This document shows positions 35,246 to 45,487 of a stretch of 64,000 bases of DNA, in pieces. A program made the translations under genes and the position numbers. How positions within the stretch are numbered: the first letter of the stretch is position 1; each line of letters begins with the position of its first letter. Source of the stretch: an uncultured bacterium (GTDB lineage Bacteria; Fidelibacterota; Marinisomatia; Marinisomatales; J089); the NCBI GenBank assembly GCA_964535735.1, contig CAZHTM010000003.1, positions 2,092 to 66,091 on the forward strand, given 5' to 3'. The notes below the pieces were generated by a model. It saw nothing but the letters and a program-made list of their open reading frames with translations, was not told the origin of the DNA and did no database searches.

Positions 35246-38200
35246 TGAGAAACCTCGGTATAGCCTCGATTTAAATATTGCTGCCGTTTCTTGAATTTTA
35301 CTTCAATCCGTTCCCCGTTTGGTCCCTGCATGAGAATTTTTTCATTTCGACCGATTTTCTTTTCCGCCTGAATAGGTTTCTGCACCTGCTGGGGTTGAGA
35401 GGACTGTTGTGGCCCGCCCGTAAAGCCCATCCCCGCCGTTTCATCGTGCTTCAATTGGATATTCCTCACTTTGGGCTGACGGACAACGGGCTGGCTTTCC
35501 ATTCCCTGGATGCGCGTTCTAAAGAGACGCTGGACACTGGTACGATTCAGGTCCGATATCATTTCCTGGAAAAATTTGAATCCTTCGGATTTATATTCGA
35601 GGAGCGGGTCCTTTTGACCATACGCCCGGAGATTAATCCCTTCCCGGAGCTGGTCCATGGCATATAAATGATCTTTCCATTTCTCGTCAATGGTCCGCAA
35701 TATTACAAAGCGCTCGAAATTCCTCATGATTTCCGGCGGCAATAAACTCTCTCTGGCGGAATAAACGGCATAAGCCTGATCTACCAAATAATCCCGGAAT
35801 TGATCCACCGAGAAATCCGAACCCAATTCATTCATCACGGTATCTTTATCCACGTCAACCAGGATGTGAGACGCAAAGAGTTGACGCAATGAATCCCAAT
35901 CCCAGGATTCGGGGACCGAATCCCGGAGCAGATCCAATTCATCTTCAATGAAATCACGGATAAACTCAAAAACCGTGGCTTTCATATCCTTGCCATGCAG
36001 TGCCTGGTTCCGAAGATCGTACACCACCTGGCGCTGCTGATTCATGACATTGTCATATTCCAGCAAATGTTTCCGAATGCCAAAATTGCGCATCTCCACC
36101 TTTTTCTGGGCATTGGAAATAGCACGGGTCACCATTTTGGCGGTGATGACTTCACCATCCTCCACACCCAAACGGTCCATGATGGAGGCTACCCGTTCAC
36201 TATTGAACAAACGCATCAAATCATCTTCGAGGGAAAGATAAAATCGGGAGGACCCGGGATCGCCTTGACGGCCAGCCCGTCCCCGAAGCTGAAGGTCAAT
36301 CCGTCGGGATTCATGGCGTTCCGTGCCAATGATATGCAGACCGCCTAATTCTGTCACCCCTTCGCCCAGTTTGATGTCGGTACCGCGTCCGGCCATATTG
36401 GTGGCGATGGTTACGGCGCCTTTTTGACCGGCTCGAGCCACGATTTCCGCTTCGCGCTGATGGTGTTTGGCATTCAGGACATTATGGGGAATCCCTTTCC
36501 GCTTCAACATTCGAGATAGAAGTTCCGAGACTTCTACAGTGATGGTTCCTACCAGGGTGGGTTGACCTCGTTTATAGCAGTCTGTAATTTCCTCGATAGC
36601 CGCATTATATTTTTCCCGTTTGGTTTTATAAACCAGGTCATCATAATCCGTTCGATTGACGGGGCGGTGGGTGGGAATAACCGTCACATCCAGGTCATAG
36701 ATGGATCCGAATTCTTCCGCTTCGGTTTCAGCGGTTCCGGTCATTCCCGATAATTTGTCGTATAACCGAAAATAATTTTGGATCGTGATTGTGGCTAATG
36801 TCTGAGTTTCCCGTTCAATGGTCACATTTTCTTTGGCTTCCAAGGCCTGGTGCAACCCTTCACTGTAACGACGGCCGGGTAAAACGCGACCGGTAAATTC
36901 ATCGACAATAAGAACTTTTCCGTCTTGGACCACATAATCCACATCTTTTTCATACATGGCGTAGGCCCGGAGCAGTTGATTGATATTGTGGATTTTTCCG
37001 CTGCGGTCCGCGTGAATCTGATAGGCTTTTTCTTTCTCTTCGGCTTTTTCTGTAGGAGACAAATCATCGCGCTGGTCAATTTCGGATAACATCTCTCCCA
37101 GATCTGGAATGACGAAGGTCTCCGGATCATCCGGAGCCAAGACCTTTCTTCCCTTTTCGGTAATATCAATGACATGGGTCTTTTCATCGATACTGAAGTA
37201 AAGGTCCTCATCTACTTCGTGAAGGCGCTTATCCCGCATGTAGGCCGATTCCACATTGTGCGCCATCTTGATGGTACCCTGTTCTTGGAACATTTTCATC
37301 AATTGCCGGTGCTTGGGCATGCCTCGTTTCGCCTGAAGCAGGTAGAGCCCCGCCTCATCCTTTTTATCTTCCTGGAGACATTTTTCCGCTTTCCGAACCA
37401 ATTCCGATACCAGAGCGGTTTGTTTTCGCACCAGGTTTTGCACCATCGGTTTGAGTTCGATAAAGGTTGTATCCGTAGGCGCATCCACGGCCCCAGATAT
37501 AATCAGTGGAGTCCGGGCTTCGTCAATAAGAACACTGTCCACCTCGTCCACCACCGCAAAGGCATGTCCGCGCTGAACCTGGTCTTCCGGAGCAAGGGCC
37601 ATGTTGTCCCGTAAATAATCGAATCCAAATTCGTTATTGGTTCCATAGGTGATATCACAGGCATAGGCTTCGCGGCGCTGGTCATTGTCCATGGAATTAA
37701 GAATGAATCCCACCGTCAGTCCCAGTCGCTTATAAATTGCCCCCATCCATTCCGCATCCCGTCGCGCCAGGTAATCATTAACCGTTACCACATGGACACC
37801 ACGTCCAGTAAGTGCGTTCAGGAAAATGGGCATCGTGGCCACCAGTGTTTTTCCTTCACCCGTTTTCATCTCGGCGATTTTCCCCCGGTGAAGGATGATG
37901 GCACCAATAATCTGGACATCGTAAGGAATCATGTCCCAGGTTACCTCCTGGCTGGTTACCCGCCAGGACTCACCCATCATCCGCCGACAGGTTTCCTTGA
38001 CCATGGCAAACGCTTCCACCAGAATATCCTCTAATGCTTCCGCCTCAGCCGCCAGGACCCGTTTATTAAATTCTTCCTTATCCAGCTCTTTGGATTTTAG
38101 CTCTTCACGAACGGATTCCCGTCGGGATATGACCTGATCACGAAGAGCGTTGGTCCGATCCACCAATTCCTGATCGGTTTTGTCTGTGAGGGTTTCGGCA

Positions 38201-38292
38201 AAAGCGTTGATTTCATGTACGGTGGGCCATAGCGATTTGATTTCGCGTTCGGATTTAGTACCAAAAAATTTTGTCAGGAGTGTCTGCAACAT
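35242..38292 (-). CDS. secA: preprotein translocase ATPase SecA
   Basis: Full-length SecA-like sequence: MKTGEGKTLVA Walker A, DEVDSVLIDEARTPLIISG, TNMAGRGTDIKLG. Confidence 0.97.
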   Translation of the reverse strand: MLQTLLTKFFGTKSEREIKSLWPTVHEINAFAETLTDKTDQELVDRTNALRDQVISRRESVREELKSKELDKEEFNKRVLAAEAEALEDILVEAFAMVKETCRRMMGESWRVTSQEVTWDMIPYDVQIIGAIILHRGKIAEMKTGEGKTLVATMPIFLNALTGRGVHVVTVNDYLARRDAEWMGAIYKRLGLTVGFILNSMDNDQRREAYACDITYGTNNEFGFDYLRDNMALAPEDQVQRGHAFAVVDEVDSVLIDEARTPLIISGAVDAPTDTTFIELKPMVQNLVRKQTALVSELVRKAEKCLQEDKKDEAGLYLLQAKRGMPKHRQLMKMFQEQGTIKMAHNVESAYMRDKRLHEVDEDLYFSIDEKTHVIDITEKGRKVLAPDDPETFVIPDLGEMLSEIDQRDDLSPTEKAEEKEKAYQIHADRSGKIHNINQLLRAYAMYEKDVDYVVQDGKVLIVDEFTGRVLPGRRYSEGLHQALEAKENVTIERETQTLATITIQNYFRLYDKLSGMTGTAETEAEEFGSIYDLDVTVIPTHRPVNRTDYDDLVYKTKREKYNAAIEEITDCYKRGQPTLVGTITVEVSELLSRMLKRKGIPHNVLNAKHHQREAEIVARAGQKGAVTIATNMAGRGTDIKLGEGVTELGGLHIIGTERHESRRIDLQLRGRAGRQGDPGSSRFYLSLEDDLMRLFNSERVASIMDRLGVEDGEVITAKMVTRAISNAQKKVEMRNFGIRKHLLEYDNVMNQQRQVVYDLRNQALHGKDMKATVFEFIRDFIEDELDLLRDSVPESWDWDSLRQLFASHILVDVDKDTVMNELGSDFSVDQFRDYLVDQAYAVYSARESLLPPEIMRNFERFVILRTIDEKWKDHLYAMDQLREGINLRAYGQKDPLLEYKSEGFKFFQEMISDLNRTSVQRLFRTRIQGMESQPVVRQPKVRNIQLKHDETAGMGFTGGPQQSSQPQQVQKPIQAEKKIGRNEKILMQGPNGERIEVKFKKRQQYLNRGYTEVSQ

Positions 38293-38421
38293 AATGCTCT
38301 ATTTTTTTCTAAGCCTAAATTTACAGATAAATAACGATGGAACGGGATGACAGTTTCCGATGGATATACTGAACCGTCGGACCCATTTTTCCAGGGATGA
38401 TTCGATGGACCTGAAGCGTAT

Positions 38422-38859
38422 TTATTCGGCGGTATCCCGGTGCTGATAATCCTTGTAAACCGCATCCAGAATGCCATTTACAAAAGCAGAGCTCTCTTCC
38501 GTACTATATTCCTTGGCAATTTCAATGGCCTCGGCAATTGACACTTTGGGAGGAACATCTTTTACGAAATAGATTTCGATAATTGCCATTTGCAGAATAA
38601 GACGATCCAGAAGTGCTACTCGTTCATAATCCCAGTTCTGTAAATGGTGTTTGATGGTTTCTTCTACCCAGGAATGGTGCTCAACCACCAGCGTTAATAC
38701 TTGCTGAACGTAGTCCCGGCTGGGACGCTCGAAGGAATAGCGCTCCCATAAATCGTGGATGACTTTGGTTACCGGTTCATCACTGATTTCCAGAGCGTAT
38801 AAGCCCTGGAAAACAGCAACGCGCGCCTGTCGCCGGGGATGCGGTTTACTTGTGGTCAC
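38422..38859 (-). CDS. nusB: transcription antitermination factor NusB
   Basis: RRQARVAVFQGLYALE N-terminus and AIEIAKEYSTEESSAFVNGILD C-terminal motif. Confidence 0.9.
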   Translation of the reverse strand: MTTSKPHPRRQARVAVFQGLYALEISDEPVTKVIHDLWERYSFERPSRDYVQQVLTLVVEHHSWVEETIKHHLQNWDYERVALLDRLILQMAIIEIYFVKDVPPKVSIAEAIEIAKEYSTEESSAFVNGILDAVYKDYQHRDTAE

Positions 38860-39952
38860 GCTTTGACATGGGGTTCTGACGCGGTAAATAGATATTTTTT
38901 AACCGGGCCAAGGCCTCCATCCGTTTTTCAGCGACTCGATTGGCGGCGATATAGGTGGCGATATTTTCATCTTCCGCCAAGGTGAAGATGGTCATCAGGG
39001 TGTCATAGATACCTTCGGTTTGTTTGAAGGCGCGTTCCCGATTATATCCTTCCATTTCATTGGCCACGTTAATGAGTCCCCCACCGTTGATGGCATAGTC
39101 CGGAGCATAAAGGATATTTTTTTCTGCCAACTTGGGTCCCTGCACGGATTCGTTTTCCAACTGATTGTTCGCAGCTCCGGCAATAATCGAACACTTCAAT
39201 CTTTCCAGGGTATCGTCGTTAATGGTGGCGCCCAATGCACAGGGAGCATAAATATCCATATCCGCATCGTAAATCTCATCGGGTTCCACGACGTCCGCCC
39301 CAAATTCATTTGCCGCCGTTTTCAGCGCATCTTTGTCCACATCGGTCACCACTAACTTGACACCGTCTTTGTATAAATTCTTACAGAGGTTAAATCCCAC
39401 ATGGCCTAACCCCTGGATACCTACCGTCAGACCCGCGAGAGAATCTTTTCCTGTGGCTTTCTTCACGGCTGCTTTCATCCCCACGTACACGCCGTAGGCT
39501 GTGACGGGAGAGGGGTCACCACTGCCTCCCAAAGCGCGGGAAATTCCCGTAACGTAACGGGTCTCCATTCGCACCCATTCCATATCCTTAACACTGGTCC
39601 CCACGTCTTCCGCCGTGATATACCGTCCACTGAGGCCTTCCACAAAACGACCGAATGAACGGAACAATAATTCCGATTTATCTGTTTTGGAATTTCCAAT
39701 AATAACCGACTTCCCACCCCCTAAATTCAAATTGGCGATGGCGGCTTTATACGTCATTCCTCGGGATAACCGCAATACGTCCCGCAGGGCGTCTTCTTCC
39801 GTAGTATAAGGAAACATACGGCAACCACCCAGGGCCGGGCCGATGGTAGTATCATGAATGGCAATTATGGCTTTCAAGCCGGAATTTTCATCATTACAAA
39901 AAACCACTTCTTCGTGGCTGCGTTTTTCCATAGCCTCAAATACTGCAGGCAT
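38846..39952 (-). CDS. leucine (branched-chain amino acid) dehydrogenase
   Basis: Near-collinear with Bacillus LeuDH: GLKAIIAIHDTTIGPALGGCRM, GLNLGGGKSVIIG, ITAEDVGT, GSGDPSPVTAYGVY. Confidence 0.88.
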   Translation of the reverse strand: MPAVFEAMEKRSHEEVVFCNDENSGLKAIIAIHDTTIGPALGGCRMFPYTTEEDALRDVLRLSRGMTYKAAIANLNLGGGKSVIIGNSKTDKSELLFRSFGRFVEGLSGRYITAEDVGTSVKDMEWVRMETRYVTGISRALGGSGDPSPVTAYGVYVGMKAAVKKATGKDSLAGLTVGIQGLGHVGFNLCKNLYKDGVKLVVTDVDKDALKTAANEFGADVVEPDEIYDADMDIYAPCALGATINDDTLERLKCSIIAGAANNQLENESVQGPKLAEKNILYAPDYAINGGGLINVANEMEGYNRERAFKQTEGIYDTLMTIFTLAEDENIATYIAANRVAEKRMEALARLKNIYLPRQNPMSKRDHK

Positions 39953-40011
39953 AATCTTCCTCCAATTTAGAATGTTGGTTTAGGTGTCTCATTGTCATCC
40001 CAAGGACACCG

Positions 40012-41154
40012 TTAGTCTTTTAAAAGTTCACGGGCAATGACCAATTCCTGAATCTCAGACGTTCCTTCATAAATCTGAGTAATTTTTGCGTCCCGCATGA
40101 GACGCTCAACCCCAAATTCCTGCATATATCCATAGCCCCCGTGAATTTGCACACACTCCCGGGAGGCATCCATTGCGGTCTGAGATGCGAATAATTTGGC
40201 CATGGCCGCTTCTTTTTGGTACGGTTGATGATGATCTTTTAGAAAAGCGGCTCTGTGAATTAGAAGTCGTGCCGCGTCTACGTTCGTCCCCATCCGGGCA
40301 ATTTTACTCTGGATGGCGCCAAACTCCGCCAGGGTTTTTCCAAACTGTTTCCGTTCTTTCGCATACGAAATACTGTGATCCAGGGCGGCTTGTGCGATGC
40401 CCAATGCCTGAGCGGCAATACCGATCCGGCCTCCGTTTAGTGTTTTCATGGCGATTCGGAAGCCGTCCCCTTCTTTTCCAATGAGATTTTCTGCCGGAAC
40501 CCGGCAATTTTCGAAATACAATTCGCAGGTGTCCGATCCGCGAATACCCAGCTTATTTTCTTTTTCTCCTGTGGTGAAGCCGGGCGTTCCTTTTTCAACA
40601 ATAAAAGCGGAAATCCCTTTATACCCTATCCCTTTGGTGGTTAAACAGAATAAAATGACCACCTGGGAATTGATTCCGTTCGTCACCCAATTTTTTGTAC
40701 CGTTGATGATATAATGATCACCATCTTTTTGAGCAAAGGTACGCATGTTGCTGGCATCGGAACCGGATTGGGGTTCCGACAGGCTGAAACCGCCGATCCA
40801 TTCCGCCGTGGCTAATTTAGGTAAATAGCGCCGCTTTTGGTCCTCGTTGGCCCAATCCAGGAAAATTTGAATCACCAGGGAATTATTGACCGACATCACC
40901 ACCGCGGCGGAAGCATCCACCCGCGCAATTTCTTCCATCGCGATCACATAGCTTATGGCGTCCATTCCAGCGCCGTTCCACTTCTCCGGCGTCATGATGC
41001 CCATAAAACCCAATTCACCCATCATTTTTATCTGTTCCGCCGGGAAAACGGCTTTTTCATCTCGCTCAATTACCCCTGGTGCCAGGTGATCCCGGGCGAA
41101 CTCACGAGCGGTTTGGCGAACCAGTTCCTGTTCCGGAGTTAAAGTAAAATCCAT
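40012..41154 (-). CDS. acyl-CoA dehydrogenase (short/branched-chain type)
   Basis: Start at the ATG at 41154 (MDFTLTPEQE), overlapping the thiolase stop. Also GFSLSEPQSGSDA, QIHGGYGYMQEFGVERLMRDAKITQIYEGTSEIQ. Confidence 0.9.
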   Translation of the reverse strand: MDFTLTPEQELVRQTAREFARDHLAPGVIERDEKAVFPAEQIKMMGELGFMGIMTPEKWNGAGMDAISYVIAMEEIARVDASAAVVMSVNNSLVIQIFLDWANEDQKRRYLPKLATAEWIGGFSLSEPQSGSDASNMRTFAQKDGDHYIINGTKNWVTNGINSQVVILFCLTTKGIGYKGISAFIVEKGTPGFTTGEKENKLGIRGSDTCELYFENCRVPAENLIGKEGDGFRIAMKTLNGGRIGIAAQALGIAQAALDHSISYAKERKQFGKTLAEFGAIQSKIARMGTNVDAARLLIHRAAFLKDHHQPYQKEAAMAKLFASQTAMDASRECVQIHGGYGYMQEFGVERLMRDAKITQIYEGTSEIQELVIARELLKD

Positions 41155-42341
41155 CAGTACGTCTCCACAATCACGGCTGAGGCTTCGCCACCGCCGATGC
41201 ACAAAGTTGCCAATCCATAACGAACCTTTAACCGCTGCATGGCATGAATCAGCGTTACTAAAATTCGGGCGCCGCTGGCCCCGATGGGATGTCCAAGGGC
41301 GATGGCCCCGCCATGTACATTTACCTTTTTCGGGTCCAGATTGAAATTATCAATCGCTGCCATGGTGACTGGGGCAAAGGCTTCATTGATTTCCCAAAGA
41401 TCGATTTGATCCGGGGTAAGATTGGCTTTTTTCAAACATTTTTCTATCGCGATAATCGGAGCGGTAGTAAACCACTCGGGCTCATGCGCGCCACTGGCCT
41501 GCGCCACTATGCGTACCAACGGTTTCAAACCCTGGGCTCTCGCTTCGACCTCACTCATGACCACCAACGCCGCTGCCCCATCATTAATTTTCGAGGCATT
41601 CGCAGCGGTAATTGTCCCGTCCTTTTGAAATGCCGGACGGAGGTGGGGAATTTTTTCGAATTTCGCTTTTCCCGGTTCTTCGTCCTGATCTACTACCCGG
41701 GGATCGCCTTTTCGGACCGGAACCGTGACCGGAACCAATTCATCAGCAAACCATTGTTCCTGTTGAGCCCGTTGCGCCCGGGTGTAAGATTCTACTGCAA
41801 AAGCATCCTGAGCTTCCCGGGAATAGTGTCGATCCGTGGCGCACAATTCCGCACAATTTCCCATGTGTTGATTGGTATACACATCCCAAAGACCATCGTG
41901 AATCATGCTGTCAATCATTTGTCCGTGCCCCATTCGGTATCCCGTGCGCGCTTTGGGGAGGAGATAAGGAGCCAGGGACATATTTTCCATACCCCCTGCC
42001 ACCACGCAGGTGGCATCTCCAACCTGGATAGCCTGTGTGGCCAACATAACGGCCTTCAGCCCGGAGCCACACATTTTATTGATGGTCAGACATTCAACAG
42101 CTAAGGGTAGTTCGGCGCGAATCGCAGCTTGACGGGCGGGCGCTTGTCCCAATCCAGCGGGCAAGACATTGCCCATGATCACCTCATCTACCTGGTCCGG
42201 CGATACCCCACTGCTGTCAACGGCAGCCCGGATCGCGGTGGCTCCCAGTTCGGGAGCCGGAATTGTAGATAAAGAGCCTTGAAAAGAACCTACCGGCGTT
42301 CGCCGGGCGGATAGAATAACAACGGTGTTAAGTGATGACAT
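41154..42341 (-). CDS. acetyl-CoA C-acetyltransferase (thiolase II)
   Basis: Active-site contexts INKMCGSGLKAV, NVHGGAIALGHPIGASGARIL, CIGGGEA. Confidence 0.92.
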   Translation of the reverse strand: MSSLNTVVILSARRTPVGSFQGSLSTIPAPELGATAIRAAVDSSGVSPDQVDEVIMGNVLPAGLGQAPARQAAIRAELPLAVECLTINKMCGSGLKAVMLATQAIQVGDATCVVAGGMENMSLAPYLLPKARTGYRMGHGQMIDSMIHDGLWDVYTNQHMGNCAELCATDRHYSREAQDAFAVESYTRAQRAQQEQWFADELVPVTVPVRKGDPRVVDQDEEPGKAKFEKIPHLRPAFQKDGTITAANASKINDGAAALVVMSEVEARAQGLKPLVRIVAQASGAHEPEWFTTAPIIAIEKCLKKANLTPDQIDLWEINEAFAPVTMAAIDNFNLDPKKVNVHGGAIALGHPIGASGARILVTLIHAMQRLKVRYGLATLCIGGGEASAVIVETY

Positions 42342-42567
42342 GTAGATAATCCTGGTTAGCGGTTATACAACGGTGTTTGCTTGAAAAATATAATCCAGGA
42401 CAACGGGGGCCGTGGTTTGTGTCCGGTGTAGAAATCGTGAAATACCATGAAAGATCTTCGGCAATCCTCTTGTGACCAATCCTGTCTGTATGTTATCCAC
42501 AAAGGAAAAAATCAGTACTAGAAATTAGTAAAAAGAATGATTAATTCATGAACTTTTCATGCCCAAC

Positions 42568-43512
42568 CTAATTGGTGGAATTGGCCTTTCCATAGGCATT
42601 GATAATCTTGCGCACCAATTCATGACGGACCACGTCGTTCTCATCCAAATGAAGGATTTTGATTCCTTCAATTTCGCCCAAGAGGTCGATGACTTCCACC
42701 AGTCCGGATTTGGATGTTTTGGGTAAATCAATTTGGGTAATATCTCCGGTAACGATGGTCCGGGAATTCACTCCCAGTCGCGTCAGAAACATTTTCATCT
42801 GCATGGAAGTGGCGTTTTGGGCTTCATCCAAAATGATAAAGGCACGATTCAAGGTGCGACCCCGCATATACGCCAGTGGAATAATCTCAATCACATGTTT
42901 TTCCAGCAACGGTCTTAGCCGTTCCCGAGGCATCATCTCGCCTAGGGCGTCGTATAATGGCGCCAGATAAGGATCCACTTTCTCTTTTAAATCGCCTGGT
43001 AGAAATCCCAAGTTTTCCCCGGCTTCCACCGCTGGTCGGCAGAGAATAATGCGTTCCACCTCGTGATTCTCTAATGCCGCCACGGCAAACGCCACTGCGA
43101 TGAATGTTTTCCCGGTTCCCGCCGGTCCCACCGAGAACACAATATCATGTTTTCTGACCGCTTTAACATACGCTTCCTGTCCAGGCGTCCGCGGAGTTAT
43201 GGCTCCTTTACGTCCGTAATGAATGACTTGCGAGACATCGTTGGAGGCATGCCCATTCTCCACCTTGATTACGGTAACGAGGTTGGTCACATCCTTTCGA
43301 GTGAGATGTCCTTTTCGGCTTATGGTCTGGAGCATTTCATGAATGATTTCCTGAATCTGATTCACATCCGATTCATCGCCGTCCAGAATCACTTCATTAC
43401 CCCGCACAATGATTTTGGCCTCGAAACTGTCTTCTATTATGGATAAATGAGCATCTTGGGGCCCTAAAAGGATTTGTAAATCAGCGCCTTTTAATTCAAT
43501 TGTCTTTTTCAA
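42568..43512 (-). CDS. phoH: PhoH-like ATPase (PhoH/YbeZ)
   Basis: Walker A GPAGTGKTF. FIILDEAQN Walker B. N-terminal KH-like PhoH region. Confidence 0.9.
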   Translation of the reverse strand: MKKTIELKGADLQILLGPQDAHLSIIEDSFEAKIIVRGNEVILDGDESDVNQIQEIIHEMLQTISRKGHLTRKDVTNLVTVIKVENGHASNDVSQVIHYGRKGAITPRTPGQEAYVKAVRKHDIVFSVGPAGTGKTFIAVAFAVAALENHEVERIILCRPAVEAGENLGFLPGDLKEKVDPYLAPLYDALGEMMPRERLRPLLEKHVIEIIPLAYMRGRTLNRAFIILDEAQNATSMQMKMFLTRLGVNSRTIVTGDITQIDLPKTSKSGLVEVIDLLGEIEGIKILHLDENDVVRHELVRKIINAYGKANSTN

Positions 43513-43557
43513 AACTTGATATCCATCCTAACTTTCGTGGTTAAATTTACACCCGCA

Positions 43558-44445
43558 ATGTCATTTGGACTCAAAGAACTGACCCGACGTTCCTTCTTGC
43601 CTCTGATCCTTTCCCTGGCTTTAGTGCTAATCTTTATTCAATGCGCAGGCCCGGGATACTCCATTCAGAAAAATCTGGACCAAAATGCCGAATTCCTGAT
43701 GAAACAAGCTGAATCACATTGGGAGCAACGGGATAAAGAAGATTACGCCCGACGGGCGCTTCTCTTTTGGAGTAAAGCATTATTGATTTATCCTGACGAT
43801 CCGGAATTGAGCATCCATTTCAGCCACGCCTGTTATTTCGTAGCCTATTACTGGGAACAGGATTCTCAACAAAAAGATCACTTATATGGAGACGCGATTA
43901 CCCAGCTTGAAAAAATTCTATTTCCTCCTGTCGTAGCTGACACCGTTCAGGTTTCCAATGATTCCATCGCTGCCCAAATCAAGAGAATTGAATCCTTGCC
44001 GGAAGATCAAATCGTTCTCTTATACTGGTGGGCTAAAAATCGGGTGCATCGGTTAATTCAAAAACCGGTTGTGGAACGGATGCATGAACGGGAAGTGATT
44101 GAAACGGCTTTACACCGGATTCTAACGTCCAATCCCACATACGATTATGGAGGAATATATCGCTTGTTCGGAACGTTTTACTCAAGACTGCCCGGTGTGG
44201 ACCTGGAACGAGTGGAATCGTATTTCAAACAGGCCCGGGAAGCCTACCCCTCCTGTTATGCCACGGTGGTACAACAAGCCCGGTTTCTGGATACGAAAGC
44301 GGGAAACCGAGATCGTTTTCATGAGGAATTAACCTGGGTCATCAACCAGGACCCGACGGTGAATCCCAACATTATACCGGAAAACCTTCGCAATCAAGCC
44401 TTGGCCAAAGCGTTATTGGAACAGGAAACCTATTTATTCGAATGA
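43558..44445 (+). CDS. helical-repeat lipoprotein, possibly TatT-like
   Basis: ATG at 43558. Signal peptide ending IQCAG. Alpha-helical repeat character. Family assignment is tentative. Confidence 0.35.
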   Translation: MSFGLKELTRRSFLPLILSLALVLIFIQCAGPGYSIQKNLDQNAEFLMKQAESHWEQRDKEDYARRALLFWSKALLIYPDDPELSIHFSHACYFVAYYWEQDSQQKDHLYGDAITQLEKILFPPVVADTVQVSNDSIAAQIKRIESLPEDQIVLLYWWAKNRVHRLIQKPVVERMHEREVIETALHRILTSNPTYDYGGIYRLFGTFYSRLPGVDLERVESYFKQAREAYPSCYATVVQQARFLDTKAGNRDRFHEELTWVINQDPTVNPNIIPENLRNQALAKALLEQETYLFE

Positions 44446-44474
44446 ATCCTATCTGGTGAGCCGAACCCTTTGAC

Positions 44475-45056
44475 ATGAACATCCTCATTTGGGTTGTGGT
44501 CAGTTTCGTCATTGGTCTTGGCCTTCTCCTCATCCTTCCGTATCGAATCCACATAAAGGGGAAGTATATCGATACATTGGAAAAACGGAAATGGAATGGT
44601 CTCATACAAGTGGGAACAACCCGGTTTGGTATCCAAATCCGATCCTCACAGTACAAGACGATTGAGTTCGGCCCCTACCACCATCCCTGGTTCTCACATG
44701 AACGCCGCACCAAAACCCGAACGGCGAAAGCTAAGTCCAAACCGCGTATGCGTAAGCGTTCCTGGAAAAAAATACCTTCACAGGAATGGGTGAAACTGAT
44801 AGAATCCACCCTTGATTTTCAGTCTCTCAACTTGGAAGGTCAGATTGGATTTACCAATCCCATGACCACTGGTATCGTTTATGGAATCGCCTCCTATCTG
44901 ACCTCGCTACCTGGAATGTCCAAATTCCATCTCCAAATTCAGCCTCAATTTCAACTTCTACCAAACACGCAATTGATCGGTCATTTAACCTTTCAATTCC
45001 GTCCGTTGATCGTTCTCTGGCATGGGGGAAAGACAATGGTTAAATTACATGACTAA
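44475..45056 (+). CDS. DUF2953-like membrane protein (YtfI-like)
   Basis: N-terminal TM, a basic linker, and the motif EGQIGFTNPMTTGIVYGIASYL. Sits upstream of a GerW/YtfJ gene, as in Bacillus ytfI-ytfJ. Confidence 0.45.
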   Translation: MNILIWVVVSFVIGLGLLLILPYRIHIKGKYIDTLEKRKWNGLIQVGTTRFGIQIRSSQYKTIEFGPYHHPWFSHERRTKTRTAKAKSKPRMRKRSWKKIPSQEWVKLIESTLDFQSLNLEGQIGFTNPMTTGIVYGIASYLTSLPGMSKFHLQIQPQFQLLPNTQLIGHLTFQFRPLIVLWHGGKTMVKLHD

Positions 45057-45068
45057 AAAGGGGTTATT

Positions 45069-45476
45069 ATGCATATATCAGAATTGATTAAAACCACACT
45101 AGATGAACTGCAGGATTTAATGATTTCCCGAACAGTTGTGGGAGAACCGGTAAAAGCCGGGGACCATACCGTGATACCGGTTTCTCATGTTACATTTGGC
45201 TTTGGCGGTGGGGGTAGTGAATCCTCAAAATCCGCATCCAAACCTGTGGAAGGCCAGGGTATCGGCGGGGGCTGGTCCATTAAGCCAATCGGATTCGTGG
45301 TTGTGGGACCCGATGGCGCCAAATTGTTGACCATCGGTGAAAAAGAAAGCGCTGTTACCAAATTAATTGATCTTGCGCCCAAAGTTGTAGAAACCGTTAA
45401 AGATTTTGTGAATTCCCGCAAAGATAAAGAAGAGTCCTCCGCAACGGAAGATTCCAAAACCAAAGCGGAAAACTAA
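45069..45476 (+). CDS. GerW/YtfJ family protein
   Basis: VVGEPVKAGDHTVIPVSHVTFGFGGGGSE ... GGGWSIKPIGFVVVGPDGAKLL pattern. Confidence 0.65.
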   Translation: MHISELIKTTLDELQDLMISRTVVGEPVKAGDHTVIPVSHVTFGFGGGGSESSKSASKPVEGQGIGGGWSIKPIGFVVVGPDGAKLLTIGEKESAVTKLIDLAPKVVETVKDFVNSRKDKEESSATEDSKTKAEN

Positions 45477-45487
45477 AGGAGAGTTCC

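Noticed and set aside
42493-42501. Perfect DnaA box TTATCCACA in the thiolase/phoH intergenic region. Possible oriC, given parAB in the window.
   Set aside because: There is a single copy with no cluster of boxes, no AT-rich unwinding element next to it and no dnaA gene. One 9-mer hit in 128 kb of two-strand sequence is expected by chance.
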